From Candidatus Doudnabacteria bacterium (GTDB lineage Bacteria; Patescibacteriota; Doudnabacteria; UBA920): a DNA stretch of 64,000 nt. The translations under genes and the position numbers were made by a program. This document shows positions 56,659-64,000 of this stretch, one piece after another. The DNA is taken from contig JARLHZ010000010.1 of assembly GCA_031291995.1 (NCBI GenBank), positions 37,155-101,154 of the forward strand. The letters run 5' to 3'. Position 1 is the first letter of the stretch. Every line of letters starts with the position of its first letter. The notes below the pieces were generated by a model. That model ran no database searches. It had not been told where the DNA came from and worked only from the letters and a program-made list of their open reading frames with translations.

Positions 56659-56815
56659 TCTTATTTAATCTTGGTCAATTATTTATACAGGATTTCAGAT
56701 ATTTTTGACTGCCGATGAAATGCTAACTACAGTCAAAAATTCTGGAATGACAGAATTTCCTGTCCCCTCAATTTTGTCAATTTTATTTAATCTTGGTCAA
56801 TTTTGGTCAATTCTA
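56645..56815. promoter_or_regulatory. Two direct copies (56647-56680, 56770-56805) of caattttgtcaat(c/t)ttatttaatcttggtcaatt between murF and alr
   Basis: TTGTCAAT / TTGGTCAAT units, same family as 7110-7160 and 37388-37450. Confidence 0.5.
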
Positions 56816-58396
56816 AATGTACTGGTCTCCCCAGTCGTTCTGAAACATTACCACGTCGCCGGGTTTTAAAATATTTTTCAAGCCCGCGTGGGCTTCTAGT
56901 GCGCTGTCAAACCAAATAATTTGCGGTTTTTTGACTCCAACCACCTCCCCCGCTGACGCGGGTACTCCTCCTTGAAAAGGAGGAGAGCTCGACGTTTTTT
57001 CGGACAACCGCGGAGCCTCCCCTCCTGGCAAGGAGGGGTGTCCCGCAAAGCGGGACGGGGAGGTCTGAATTCCTTCTTCAACAAACCCCGTCACGCTATT
57101 TCTTATAAAAATTGCAACGTCCGCCACGCCGGCAAGCTCCCGGCCAATTTGCCGATGAACTTCGGCGGAAGAGTTCCCCATTTCCACCAAACCGGGCGTA
57201 ATATATATTTTCCGCCGGTTTGTGAATCGCGACAAAACCTTTATTGCCTCCCCCACCCCGTCCGGATTGCCGTTGTACGCGTCATCTATAACTAATACCT
57301 CGCCCGCCGATTTAATCGGCTGCAGCCGGTGCTCCACGGGCTTTATATTTGTAATACCCCGTTTCAGCTCATCATCCGACATCCCCAAATTTTTGCCGAT
57401 CTTGACCGCCGCGTCCACATCACCCAGCGCGTACTCTCCCAATAAGTTTACTTCAATTTTACCAAACGATTCCAATTCCGCTTCCCAGCAAAGTTTTTCG
57501 GTATTAAATTTTTGATATTTGATATTTGATATTTGTCCGCCAAAGGCGGATCCGCCTTTGGCGGAATATTTTTCCACCTTGTGGTCCGGCCAAATAAATT
57601 TTTTATAATTATCCATTACTCTTTTATCATCGGCGTTTAACAGCACCACAGCTCCGGGCTCGGAGCCGCTGACAATTTCAAAAATCGTGGACGCCACCGT
57701 TTCCATATTTTTCATTCGTTCCAAATGCGATTCGTTTATGCCGGTTACCACGGCAATATTAGGCTTTGCTATATCGCAGATCTCCCCAATGTCCCCGGCG
57801 TAATGTTCCCCCATTTCTACTATTAATACCTGAGTTTCATCAGTCACCTTATTTAAAATCCACCGCGCGATTCCCACCGGCGTATTTACACTGTCCGGAG
57901 TGGCTAATACCTTAAACCTAATACCTAATACCTTCCCCAGTACTTCCTTCATCGTAGTCTTGCCGTAACTGCCCGCTACCCCGATTATTTTTAAATCAGG
58001 CGGCATATTACCGATTTTAGATTTGGCGCGGATCGCCAATCTTTTTTTTGCCAAACTATCAAACGGTTTAAGCAGCAATAATACAACGCTAAATAACAAA
58101 AAATAAAAAGGCGACAAAATTATCGCCGCGATAACCGCGGCAACAAAAAAATTGCCGATTGAACCGGTTAAAATTACAGTTATTAAGCCGCTAAAAATTA
58201 TGACAAAACCGTGCAAAGCCACCGCCATAAGCATCATTGCCTTGGCTTTTACGCTCCACACCAATTCCTTCCGCTGTTCCCCTCTCGGCCATGGCCCCTT
58301 TTTAAATAACAACTTCCAATACCTGCCCAGCTCATAGTTTTCCAGCTGGAGCAGGTACAATTGATACCTTATAAATTTCGGAACAATAAAATCCAT
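56813..58396 (-). CDS. murF: Mur ligase family UDP-MurNAc-pentapeptide synthetase (MurF-like) with an N-terminal membrane extension and two in-frame repeat-element insertions
   Basis: Mur ligase P-loop GSYGKTT and middle/C-terminal domains; upstream of alr-ddl; about 100-aa N-terminal segment with 2-3 TM helices; inserts at 56944-57070 and 57505-57564. Confidence 0.75.
   Translation of the reverse strand: MDFIVPKFIRYQLYLLQLENYELGRYWKLLFKKGPWPRGEQRKELVWSVKAKAMMLMAVALHGFVIIFSGLITVILTGSIGNFFVAAVIAAIILSPFYFLLFSVVLLLLKPFDSLAKKRLAIRAKSKIGNMPPDLKIIGVAGSYGKTTMKEVLGKVLGIRFKVLATPDSVNTPVGIARWILNKVTDETQVLIVEMGEHYAGDIGEICDIAKPNIAVVTGINESHLERMKNMETVASTIFEIVSGSEPGAVVLLNADDKRVMDNYKKFIWPDHKVEKYSAKGGSAFGGQISNIKYQKFNTEKLCWEAELESFGKIEVNLLGEYALGDVDAAVKIGKNLGMSDDELKRGITNIKPVEHRLQPIKSAGEVLVIDDAYNGNPDGVGEAIKVLSRFTNRRKIYITPGLVEMGNSSAEVHRQIGRELAGVADVAIFIRNSVTGFVEEGIQTSPSRFAGHPSLPGGEAPRLSEKTSSSPPFQGGVPASAGEVVGVKKPQIIWFDSALEAHAGLKNILKPGDVVMFQNDWGDQYI
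56944..57070. repeat. Composite hairpin element (ctcctccttgaaaaggaggag; cctcccctcctggcaaggaggggtg; gtcccgcaaagcgggac) in-frame in murF
   Basis: Encodes about 39 extra aa (SPSRFAGHPSLPGGEAPRLSEKTSSSPPFQGGVPASAGE). Confidence 0.7.
57505..57564. repeat. (tgatatt)x3-4 microsatellite plus the 28-bp palindrome ccgccaaaggcggatccgcctttggcgg, in-frame in murF
   Basis: The same palindrome (one variant) sits inside repeat L at 30255-30282. Confidence 0.7.
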
Positions 58397-58453
58397 ATAT
58401 TATTTTTTATCCCGAATGTAGTGCGGGCCACGGGCCTGCACTACACGTCGCAA

Positions 58454-59209
58454 TTAGGTTATAAATTCTCCCACCGCTTTTGCGAATTCTTCCGGCTCAT
58501 CCGAAAAGCTGAAATGGCCGGCATGTTTGAGAATTAGGAATTTGGAGTTTGGAATTAGGAATTTCATAAGTTCCCCGAATTTTGGAGGCGTGTCTTTGTC
58601 ATTTTTCCCGTTTATAATTAGCGTCGGCACGGTAATTTTTTTCATGTCTTCCGATAAATCTTCGCTTGTAATATTGACAAAAGTTTTTTGCAGTTCCGGC
58701 GTAGCTAGGTAGTCTTCCGCCCCGATTGATTTATAAATTTTTTTTCGCAATCCGTGCATAAACTCCGGCTTAAAAAAAGGCTTTACAATTTTTGCGCCAA
58801 TCTTCATCATATTCTTTTTATCCGATGGCATGGCAAACCCGGCGCTGTCCGCTAAAATTAGCTTGCTGATTAATTCCGGATGTCCAGCCGCCAGTTTAAT
58901 TCCAATGCGGCCGCCGAACGAATGGCCGATGATTATTACATTAGTAAGTTCCAATTTTTTAATGAACCCCGCCACAACTTCGGCATAACCCCCTACTGTC
59001 ATCGCATGCATTGGGATTTGCGACCCACCAAACCCGGGCAAATCCAGGGCAAACAAATGACAATTGACAATTGACAATTTACTTAGCACATTTTGCCAAA
59101 TTTCTTTATTGGAACGCCAACCATGCAAAAAAAGCAAGGTTTTGCCGGCATCCCCCGATGTTTCCTGGTAACTAATTAAATAATTATTTACGATAACCTG
59201 CTTAGTCAT
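58454..59209 (-). CDS. Alpha/beta-fold hydrolase
   Basis: HGW ... nucleophile elbow GHSFGG. Confidence 0.75.
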   Translation of the reverse strand: MTKQVIVNNYLISYQETSGDAGKTLLFLHGWRSNKEIWQNVLSKLSIVNCHLFALDLPGFGGSQIPMHAMTVGGYAEVVAGFIKKLELTNVIIIGHSFGGRIGIKLAAGHPELISKLILADSAGFAMPSDKKNMMKIGAKIVKPFFKPEFMHGLRKKIYKSIGAEDYLATPELQKTFVNITSEDLSEDMKKITVPTLIINGKNDKDTPPKFGELMKFLIPNSKFLILKHAGHFSFSDEPEEFAKAVGEFIT

Positions 59210-59270
59210 GTTTAAATAATAGCATTACCTAGCACAAGATAAAACCCCAGCATTATGCTGGGGTTTTATC

Positions 59271-59344
59271 TGGTCGGGCTGCTGGGAATTGAACCCAGTC
59301 TACACGCACCCGAAGCGTGCGTACGACCGGCATACTCCAGCCCG
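59271..59344 (-). tRNA. tRNA-Pro (anticodon CGG)
   Basis: Acceptor cgggctg/cagcccg, anticodon stem cacgc/gcgtg with loop ttCGGgt, T-arm ctggg-ttcaatt-cccag, CCA encoded. Confidence 0.7.
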
Positions 59345-59607
59345 ATTGTTATTGTGGAAGGATAAAAATAACCCTGATTAGGGCTTTAATCCTTGATTAG
59401 ATTTTCTTTTTTGATTCTTGACCATTTTTTGACTTGGATTTCTCTTTGCCTTGCTTGTATTAAACTAAGGAAAGTTTCTGCGTAGACAATTTCCCCGCCA
59501 CCGTGTTGTTTTGTCCATTGAGCGCCTTTGCCTGAGTTATGCCGAAATTCTCATTGAGGCGGAAAATTTGTGCATCCAGTGTACTAAGTTCCGTCGTTAC
59601 AACTAAA

Positions 59608-59760
59608 AAAATAAAGGTTCCCCGCCGCAAGCAATGGGGTATTACTGCAAAGACATCGCTACAATTGCGCGGCGAGCCGCGCGGTATTGAACCTGTATTA
59701 GCTCCTCGGCTCGCTCGGCCATAAATGGCCGGACTCGCTCTACGTCGCTAATAAAACACA
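59608..59760. repeat. Structured repeat element P (copy of L at 30165-30365, lacking the GGATCC palindrome insert)
   Basis: See L; contiguous with element A. Confidence 0.65.
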
Positions 59761-59768
59761 CAGTTGTT

Positions 59769-59888
59769 TGCCCCTCGACTCGGTTGCGCTCGCTCGGGAC
59801 ACTCGATTCGCTACAAAGCTGGTGGTCGGTCGAAGCCCTTTAGGGCGTAGACCACGAGCGAGCTTTGACGAAAGTCAAAGCGAGTCGA
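59769..59888. repeat. Structured repeat element A (copy of V), immediately 3' of tRNA-Ala(GGC)
   Basis: See V. Confidence 0.7.
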
Positions 59889-59962
59889 GTGGTGGACCTG
59901 GAGGGAATCGAACCCTCGACTAATCCATGCCATGGATCCGTATTACCATTATACTACAGGCC
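59889..59962 (-). tRNA. tRNA-Ala (anticodon GGC)
   Basis: Acceptor gggcctg with G3:U70, D-arm gtat-aatggta-atac, anticodon loop atGGCat, CCA encoded. Confidence 0.8.
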
Positions 59963-60053
59963 CCTGCTCCGCCAAGGCTTCGCAGGGCAAGCCCCGCGTA
60001 ACCTCGACATTTGGTTTGACACTAAGATATATTACTCGATTTCTCTAAAATTA

Positions 60054-60425
60054 TCAATAGCCCTTTGGCAGATTTACCTGGATTTGCTGGCCGTTGGGCA
60101 AAGTGACAATTGTCGGCGTGCCGCTCCCCTGCTGGGCATTCTGATTATCGGATGGTGTTTGGCCTGTGGGAATTAATTTTTTCGCAGAGTTTACTAAATC
60201 TGTAAAATTTCCGACTTGATCCTCAAAAGGTTTTAACAAACCGGTTTTCTGTAATATCCAACCAAGAATAACAACAATTATTGCCAACCCGGCCACATAC
60301 CCCAAAGCGCTAAACATGCCGTTAAAAAAAGATCTCCAAATCCCGGCACTGCCGGTTTTCTTTTTAATTTCCGCTAAATTTTCATTCAGCTTCTCCAGCT
60401 CTGTTTTCAAATCCGGGTCAATCAT
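60054..60425 (-). CDS. Hypothetical membrane-anchored protein
   Basis: Single TM helix; C-terminal Q/G/T-rich region; start at the internal Met. Confidence 0.35.
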   Translation of the reverse strand: MIDPDLKTELEKLNENLAEIKKKTGSAGIWRSFFNGMFSALGYVAGLAIIVVILGWILQKTGLLKPFEDQVGNFTDLVNSAKKLIPTGQTPSDNQNAQQGSGTPTIVTLPNGQQIQVNLPKGY

Positions 60426-60491
60426 GACTTTATTATAGCAAATGCTTTTCTTTGGACACAGTGCTTGCACTGCGCAGCTTTAGCGAAGCAG

Positions 60492-60566
60492 TGGTGCCCT
60501 CGGCAGGAATCGAACCTACATCTCATCCTTAGGACGGATTTGCTCTATCCATTGAGCTACGAAGGC
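60492..60566 (-). tRNA. tRNA-Arg (anticodon CCT)
   Basis: Acceptor gccttcg/cgagggc, D-arm gctc-aatggata-gagc, anticodon loop gtCCTaa, T-arm gtagg-ttcgatt-cctgc, CCA encoded. Confidence 0.7.
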
Positions 60567-60676
60567 AAAATTGTACGTTTGCCTCAACGATTATAACACA
60601 AAAGTCGCGCTTGTGTTAGAATCATAAGTATGGTAACATAGCAAATTTTTGATAATTAAATAATATTTCTATAATT

Positions 60677-62026
60677 TTGTCAAATAGTACACAAAAAAAG
60701 TTCAATAAGATAAATATTGCACAGGCATTCTTTGTTTTATTCATTTTTAGCCTATTTTTTCCGATTAGATACGTTATTCCAACAAAAAGCGCCTATTTAA
60801 TAGGGGTCTATTCAGATTTTACATCAATATCCCTATATTTAAGCGATATTTTTTTAATTATCACGTGGTTTTTTTGCTTTCTACCACGTGATATAGGTTA
60901 TTTCTGGCTAAGGATAAAGGATAAAAGTTTAATAATATTCATAATATGGCTTATTTTAGGCCTTTTATGGCATCTGCGTGACAAAACTAGCCTAAACCTA
61001 TGGTATTCGCTTAAATATGCGGAATTAATTGTTGCATATGGAACATTTAGCCATTTATTCAGCAAAACATCAATAAAATCGAGTTTTTTGAAGCTATTTG
61101 CGTTTTTTTCCAGTTTTGAAGCCTTTTTGGCCATTTGGCAGTTTAAAACTCAAAAATCTCTAGGTTTTTACAAACTTGGCGAACAACACTTATCAAGGGC
61201 CATAACCGGCGTGGCAAAAATTGTTTCAGGTGGAACAACATATATTAGGGGATATGGGACGTTTCCGCATCCAAATATCCTATCTGCCTTTTTAACAATC
61301 GGACTGATGGTTTGCCTATATTTATTGTTAAATTCAAAAACCCTGACCTCAAAAATCGCTTTTAGCCTGGCTATTGCCATAAACACCTTAGGCTTGGCGG
61401 TAAGTTTTTCCCGAGCCGGCTATTTGGCATATGGAGCCGGTCTAATTGTATTTTTCGGTTATTTGTTCTACATGGAACGGATAAAAATGCCGTCTCTCAT
61501 AGCAAAACGAGTATGGATAGCAGCCGGGGTATGTCTTGTTTCTATATTGGCATCCTTAATTATGTTTCGGCCATTTTTACTGACCCGAGCGAATGTGACA
61601 GATGATTCCTCCCTGCAAAGAATTTTTTACGCGAAAATCAGTTTAAATATGATGGCTCAGCATTCAATATTTGGGCTTGGAGCAGGGGAGAGCCTGCTCC
61701 ACATGCAACAATATTCGCCAATTAAGCTTTGGACATACCAAATTCAGCCCGTTCATAATTATTTTTTGCTGTCCGGAGCGGAACTGGGAATTCCGGGAAT
61801 GTTAATTTTGATTTGGGTATTTCTTTCTCACCTGTCGGGACTACTAAAAAATAACCATACAACTTACAACATACTACTTACAACAATCCTTGTCGCGATA
61901 TTAGTCCTAATGCAGTTTGATCACTATTTCTACACCCTCCAGCAAACTCAGCTCTTACTCTGGACTGTCTTAGCACTCATCGCGGCGGAAATTAAAAACC
62001 CACTCATTTCAGAAGGGGTGAACTAA
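60677..62026 (+). CDS. O-antigen ligase/polymerase family (Wzy_C-like) polytopic membrane protein
   Basis: About 12 TM helices with a periplasmic loop (YGTFPHPNILSAFL ... H) typical of the WaaL/O-antigen ligase domain. Confidence 0.55.
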   Translation: MSNSTQKKFNKINIAQAFFVLFIFSLFFPIRYVIPTKSAYLIGVYSDFTSISLYLSDIFLIITWFFCFLPRDIGYFWLRIKDKSLIIFIIWLILGLLWHLRDKTSLNLWYSLKYAELIVAYGTFSHLFSKTSIKSSFLKLFAFFSSFEAFLAIWQFKTQKSLGFYKLGEQHLSRAITGVAKIVSGGTTYIRGYGTFPHPNILSAFLTIGLMVCLYLLLNSKTLTSKIAFSLAIAINTLGLAVSFSRAGYLAYGAGLIVFFGYLFYMERIKMPSLIAKRVWIAAGVCLVSILASLIMFRPFLLTRANVTDDSSLQRIFYAKISLNMMAQHSIFGLGAGESLLHMQQYSPIKLWTYQIQPVHNYFLLSGAELGIPGMLILIWVFLSHLSGLLKNNHTTYNILLTTILVAILVLMQFDHYFYTLQQTQLLLWTVLALIAAEIKNPLISEGVN

Positions 62027-62076
62027 AAATCCGTAGACATCAGTAGATCCGCAGACAATCAGTAGATCCGTGTTAA

Positions 62077-62547
62077 CTACTTATGGTATTCTTTGCCGGC
62101 CAATATTGTACACGCCCGATAAATTTGTTCTTCCAAAACTACCCGGGCCATGTTATGCGGGAAGGTAAGAGGGGACAGGGACAATGAATAATTGCTGTAT
62201 TGGCGCAAAGATTCGTGCAGGCCAATGCCGCTGCCTATTACAAAGACCAACTCCTTGCCCAGGCCGCCAATGCGCTCCAAAAAGACAGAAAAATCTTTGG
62301 AATTCCTTAAACTGCCTTTTTCTTCAAGTAAAATCACTACCGCGTCTTCCGGCAACTGTTTTACAATTTTTTCCGCTTCCTGCTCCTTTATTTTATCCAA
62401 ATCCTGATTTTTCCCGTACCCGATTTCCGGCAACTCAATCACCTTAACTTTAGCAAAAGGGGACAGGCGCTTTAAAAACTCAGCCTCCAAATCCTTGTAA
62501 GCCTTTTCCTTAAATTTTCCGAGTGCAATTATTTTTATCTTAAACAT
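62077..62547 (-). CDS. rlmH: 23S rRNA (pseudouridine1915-N3)-methyltransferase RlmH (SPOUT)
   Basis: MFKIKIIALGK ... VFVIGSGIGL ... SLSPLTFPHNMARVVLEEQIYRA; start at the internal Met. Confidence 0.8.
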   Translation of the reverse strand: MFKIKIIALGKFKEKAYKDLEAEFLKRLSPFAKVKVIELPEIGYGKNQDLDKIKEQEAEKIVKQLPEDAVVILLEEKGSLRNSKDFSVFLERIGGLGKELVFVIGSGIGLHESLRQYSNYSLSLSPLTFPHNMARVVLEEQIYRACTILAGKEYHK

Positions 62548-62607
62548 ATTACCATTGTAACAAATAATCGGGTACAATAACACCAAAGACCTATCAAAAA
62601 GTCAGCC

Positions 62608-63258
62608 GTGAAAAAACAAAATAAATATTCAAAAGCTTTAACACAAAATTCCGGGTTCACGTTAATTGAACTCCTGGTTGTTATTTCCATTATTGGTTTA
62701 TTGGCATCTGTTGTTTTGGTTACGGTGTCCAACGCCAGGGAGAGCGCCAAAAGAGCAACCGCGGTTGAAAACATAAAGCAACTACAGATTGCTCTGGAAA
62801 TTTATGCCACGGACATGGGATTTTATCCGCCTGATGTCAGCCGGGGATGGGATCCCGGCATTGCCCAAGCCCTGCCGTATGACACCACAGGCAGCGGTAA
62901 TGATTGCGCGACCAATTTGGCCAGCTGTATTTGCAACAATTACTTAACCTGTACCGGCAGTTCGCCCGATAATATCCCGGCGAACTGGATAAATATTGTT
63001 CAAACCAACTGGTGCGGTCCGTATACTATAAAATGGCCAATTTTCACGCCATGGGGAGGGGTTTACGATTATAATTACTGGCCCGTCACGACTGACCGCA
63101 ACGGCTGCATGGTTCCGCCCGGAATTTATTTGGGCATAGAATCCGGCAGCGGCTTTACTTTGGACCCGGGCACCGAACAAACTCTCTACAACGAAGGTCT
63201 GGACAACGACGGCTGCCCCAATAACGGTGAAGTCCAGATGTTACTTGTTAAGCTATAA
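62608..63258 (+). CDS. Type IV pilin / pseudopilin with a class III signal peptide
   Basis: Prepilin cleavage/methylation motif GFTLIELLVVISIIGLLA; Cys pairs in the C-terminal domain. Confidence 0.8.
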   Translation: MKKQNKYSKALTQNSGFTLIELLVVISIIGLLASVVLVTVSNARESAKRATAVENIKQLQIALEIYATDMGFYPPDVSRGWDPGIAQALPYDTTGSGNDCATNLASCICNNYLTCTGSSPDNIPANWINIVQTNWCGPYTIKWPIFTPWGGVYDYNYWPVTTDRNGCMVPPGIYLGIESGSGFTLDPGTEQTLYNEGLDNDGCPNNGEVQMLLVKL

Positions 63259-63281
63259 ATAAAAACCCCGATTAAGGGGTT
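63253..63281 (-). terminator. Terminator hairpin (aaccccgattaaggggtt) after tRNA-Ala(CGC)
   Basis: U-run on the minus strand (ttttatttatag). Confidence 0.6.
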
Positions 63282-63304
63282 ATCAAACGCTGTACAATAC
63301 CGAG

Positions 63305-63378
63305 TGGTGGACCTGGGGGGAATCGAACCCCCGCCTCGGCAATGCGAATGCCGCGTAATACCACTTTACTACAGGCCC
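63305..63378 (-). tRNA. tRNA-Ala (anticodon CGC)
   Basis: Acceptor gggcctg with G3:U70, D-arm gtaa-agtggtat-tac, anticodon stem cggca/tgccg with loop ttCGCat, CCA encoded. Confidence 0.8.
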
Positions 63379-63424
63379 GTAAAATCCCTATAATTTTAAC
63401 TATAATTACAACTTAAGTAAAGGC

Positions 63425-63664
63425 ATGTTTTATTTCTACATTTTAAAATGCAAAGACGGCACACTGTACTCGGGCAGCACGAATGATCTTAAAAAACGCG
63501 AGGCGGTGCACAACTCCGGCAAAGGGTCTAAATATGTTATTGCCCATGGCGGCGGAAAAATTGTTTATCATGAAAAATTCAGAAAGTGGGGGAAGGCGCT
63601 AAGTCGGGAGGCTCAAGTAAAAAAATTATCTCGCAGAAAAAAGCTGGAGCTCATTAAAAAATGA
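63425..63664 (+). CDS. GIY-YIG nuclease-superfamily small protein (UPF0213-like)
   Basis: FYFYILKCKDGTLYSGSTNDLKKREAVHNSGKGSKY ... matches the GIY-YIG core. Confidence 0.75.
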   Translation: MFYFYILKCKDGTLYSGSTNDLKKREAVHNSGKGSKYVIAHGGGKIVYHEKFRKWGKALSREAQVKKLSRRKKLELIKK

Positions 63665-63726
63665 ATGTGGATAAATGGTTTGACGTATGGTAAACGATTG
63701 TATACCATTAAACTATTACTAATTAA

Positions 63727-63897
63727 TATAGGACTTACGCGCTTGGCCGAATACGAGGCATTTTCCGCGGATTTTGCGAGGCGTAGTTCACCTACGGCGA
63801 GCAAAACCGCAAGGAAAATAACGAAGTAGTCGGACAAGCCCCTTGCGGGTTTCGTCTATTGTCTAAATATTTGTAGACGAAACGCGTAAGTCCTATA
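63727..63897. repeat. About 170-bp element bounded by 15-bp perfect terminal inverted repeats (tataggacttacgcg / cgcgtaagtcctata) with an internal 10-bp-stem hairpin
   Basis: Read directly; no ORF. Confidence 0.5.
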
Positions 63898-64000
63898 ATA
63901 GTTTAAATATGGAAATTTATACGGATCTACAAGTCGAAAAATTTACCCGATCTTTGCAAAGGCAGGCGGGCACCAAAATAGTAAGGACAATTGAACTTTT

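Noticed and set aside
59271-59962. Possibility that the 690-bp tRNA-Ala...tRNA-Pro block encodes tmRNA, RNase P RNA or SRP RNA
   Set aside because: No match by eye to tmRNA termini (GGGG ... GGAUUCGACG / CCACCA tRNA-like end without an anticodon arm), the RNase P P4 consensus (AGGAAAGUCCGGGCUCC) or the SRP domain IV motif. Both tRNAs are complete canonical tRNAs with anticodon arms. Left as an unexplained structured spacer.
1-64000. CRISPR arrays, rRNA genes, IS/transposase or integrase genes
   Set aside because: No regularly spaced direct repeats with unique spacers, no rRNA-like conserved blocks and no transposase or integrase-like ORFs were seen. The repeats present are palindromic mini-elements, not CRISPR.

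Overview
Gene-dense bacterial chromosomal window, mostly minus-strand genes. The gene content (minimal housekeeping set, several tandem small secreted proteins with a C-terminal T4SS-pilin-like motif, many small GC-rich palindromes) suggests a Patescibacteria/CPR-like genome; this is inference only. Recognisable core genes include a heat-shock operon hrcA-grpE-dnaK ... dnaJ with a CIRCE operator embedded in a near-consensus sigma70 promoter. Also present: rplS, rpsP, a KH-domain protein, trmD, a RluA-family pseudouridine synthase, smc, rnc, ftsH, galU, a YifB/ComM-like ATPase, lspA, recA, a RodZ-like protein, ftsK, hsp20, a class II fumarase/aspartase, rnhB, a ddl-alr-murF cluster and rlmH. 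Seven tRNAs were called by hand: Val-GAC, Leu-TAG, Ser-CGA, Pro-CGG, Ala-GGC, Arg-CCT and Ala-CGC. Accessory content comprises two tandem sedolisin-like (S53-type) secreted peptidases next to a CcdA-thioredoxin fusion and a VKOR homolog; five tandem T4SS-pilin-like genes; two HicAB pairs; an AbrB/MazE-like protein; an orphan MazF/PemK-like gene with a putative antisense sRNA; a GC-rich two-gene island; and an AT-rich island carrying a frameshifted HExxH protein gene. The most unusual signal is a set of short GC-rich palindromic or hairpin repeats, several of which sit in-frame inside conserved housekeeping genes (trmD, rluD-like, rnhB, fumC/aspA-like, murF), in the manner of Rickettsia RPE elements. 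In addition, two families of structured repeats with compensatory stem substitutions flank tRNA genes. No CRISPR array, rRNA or obvious IS/transposase gene was found.
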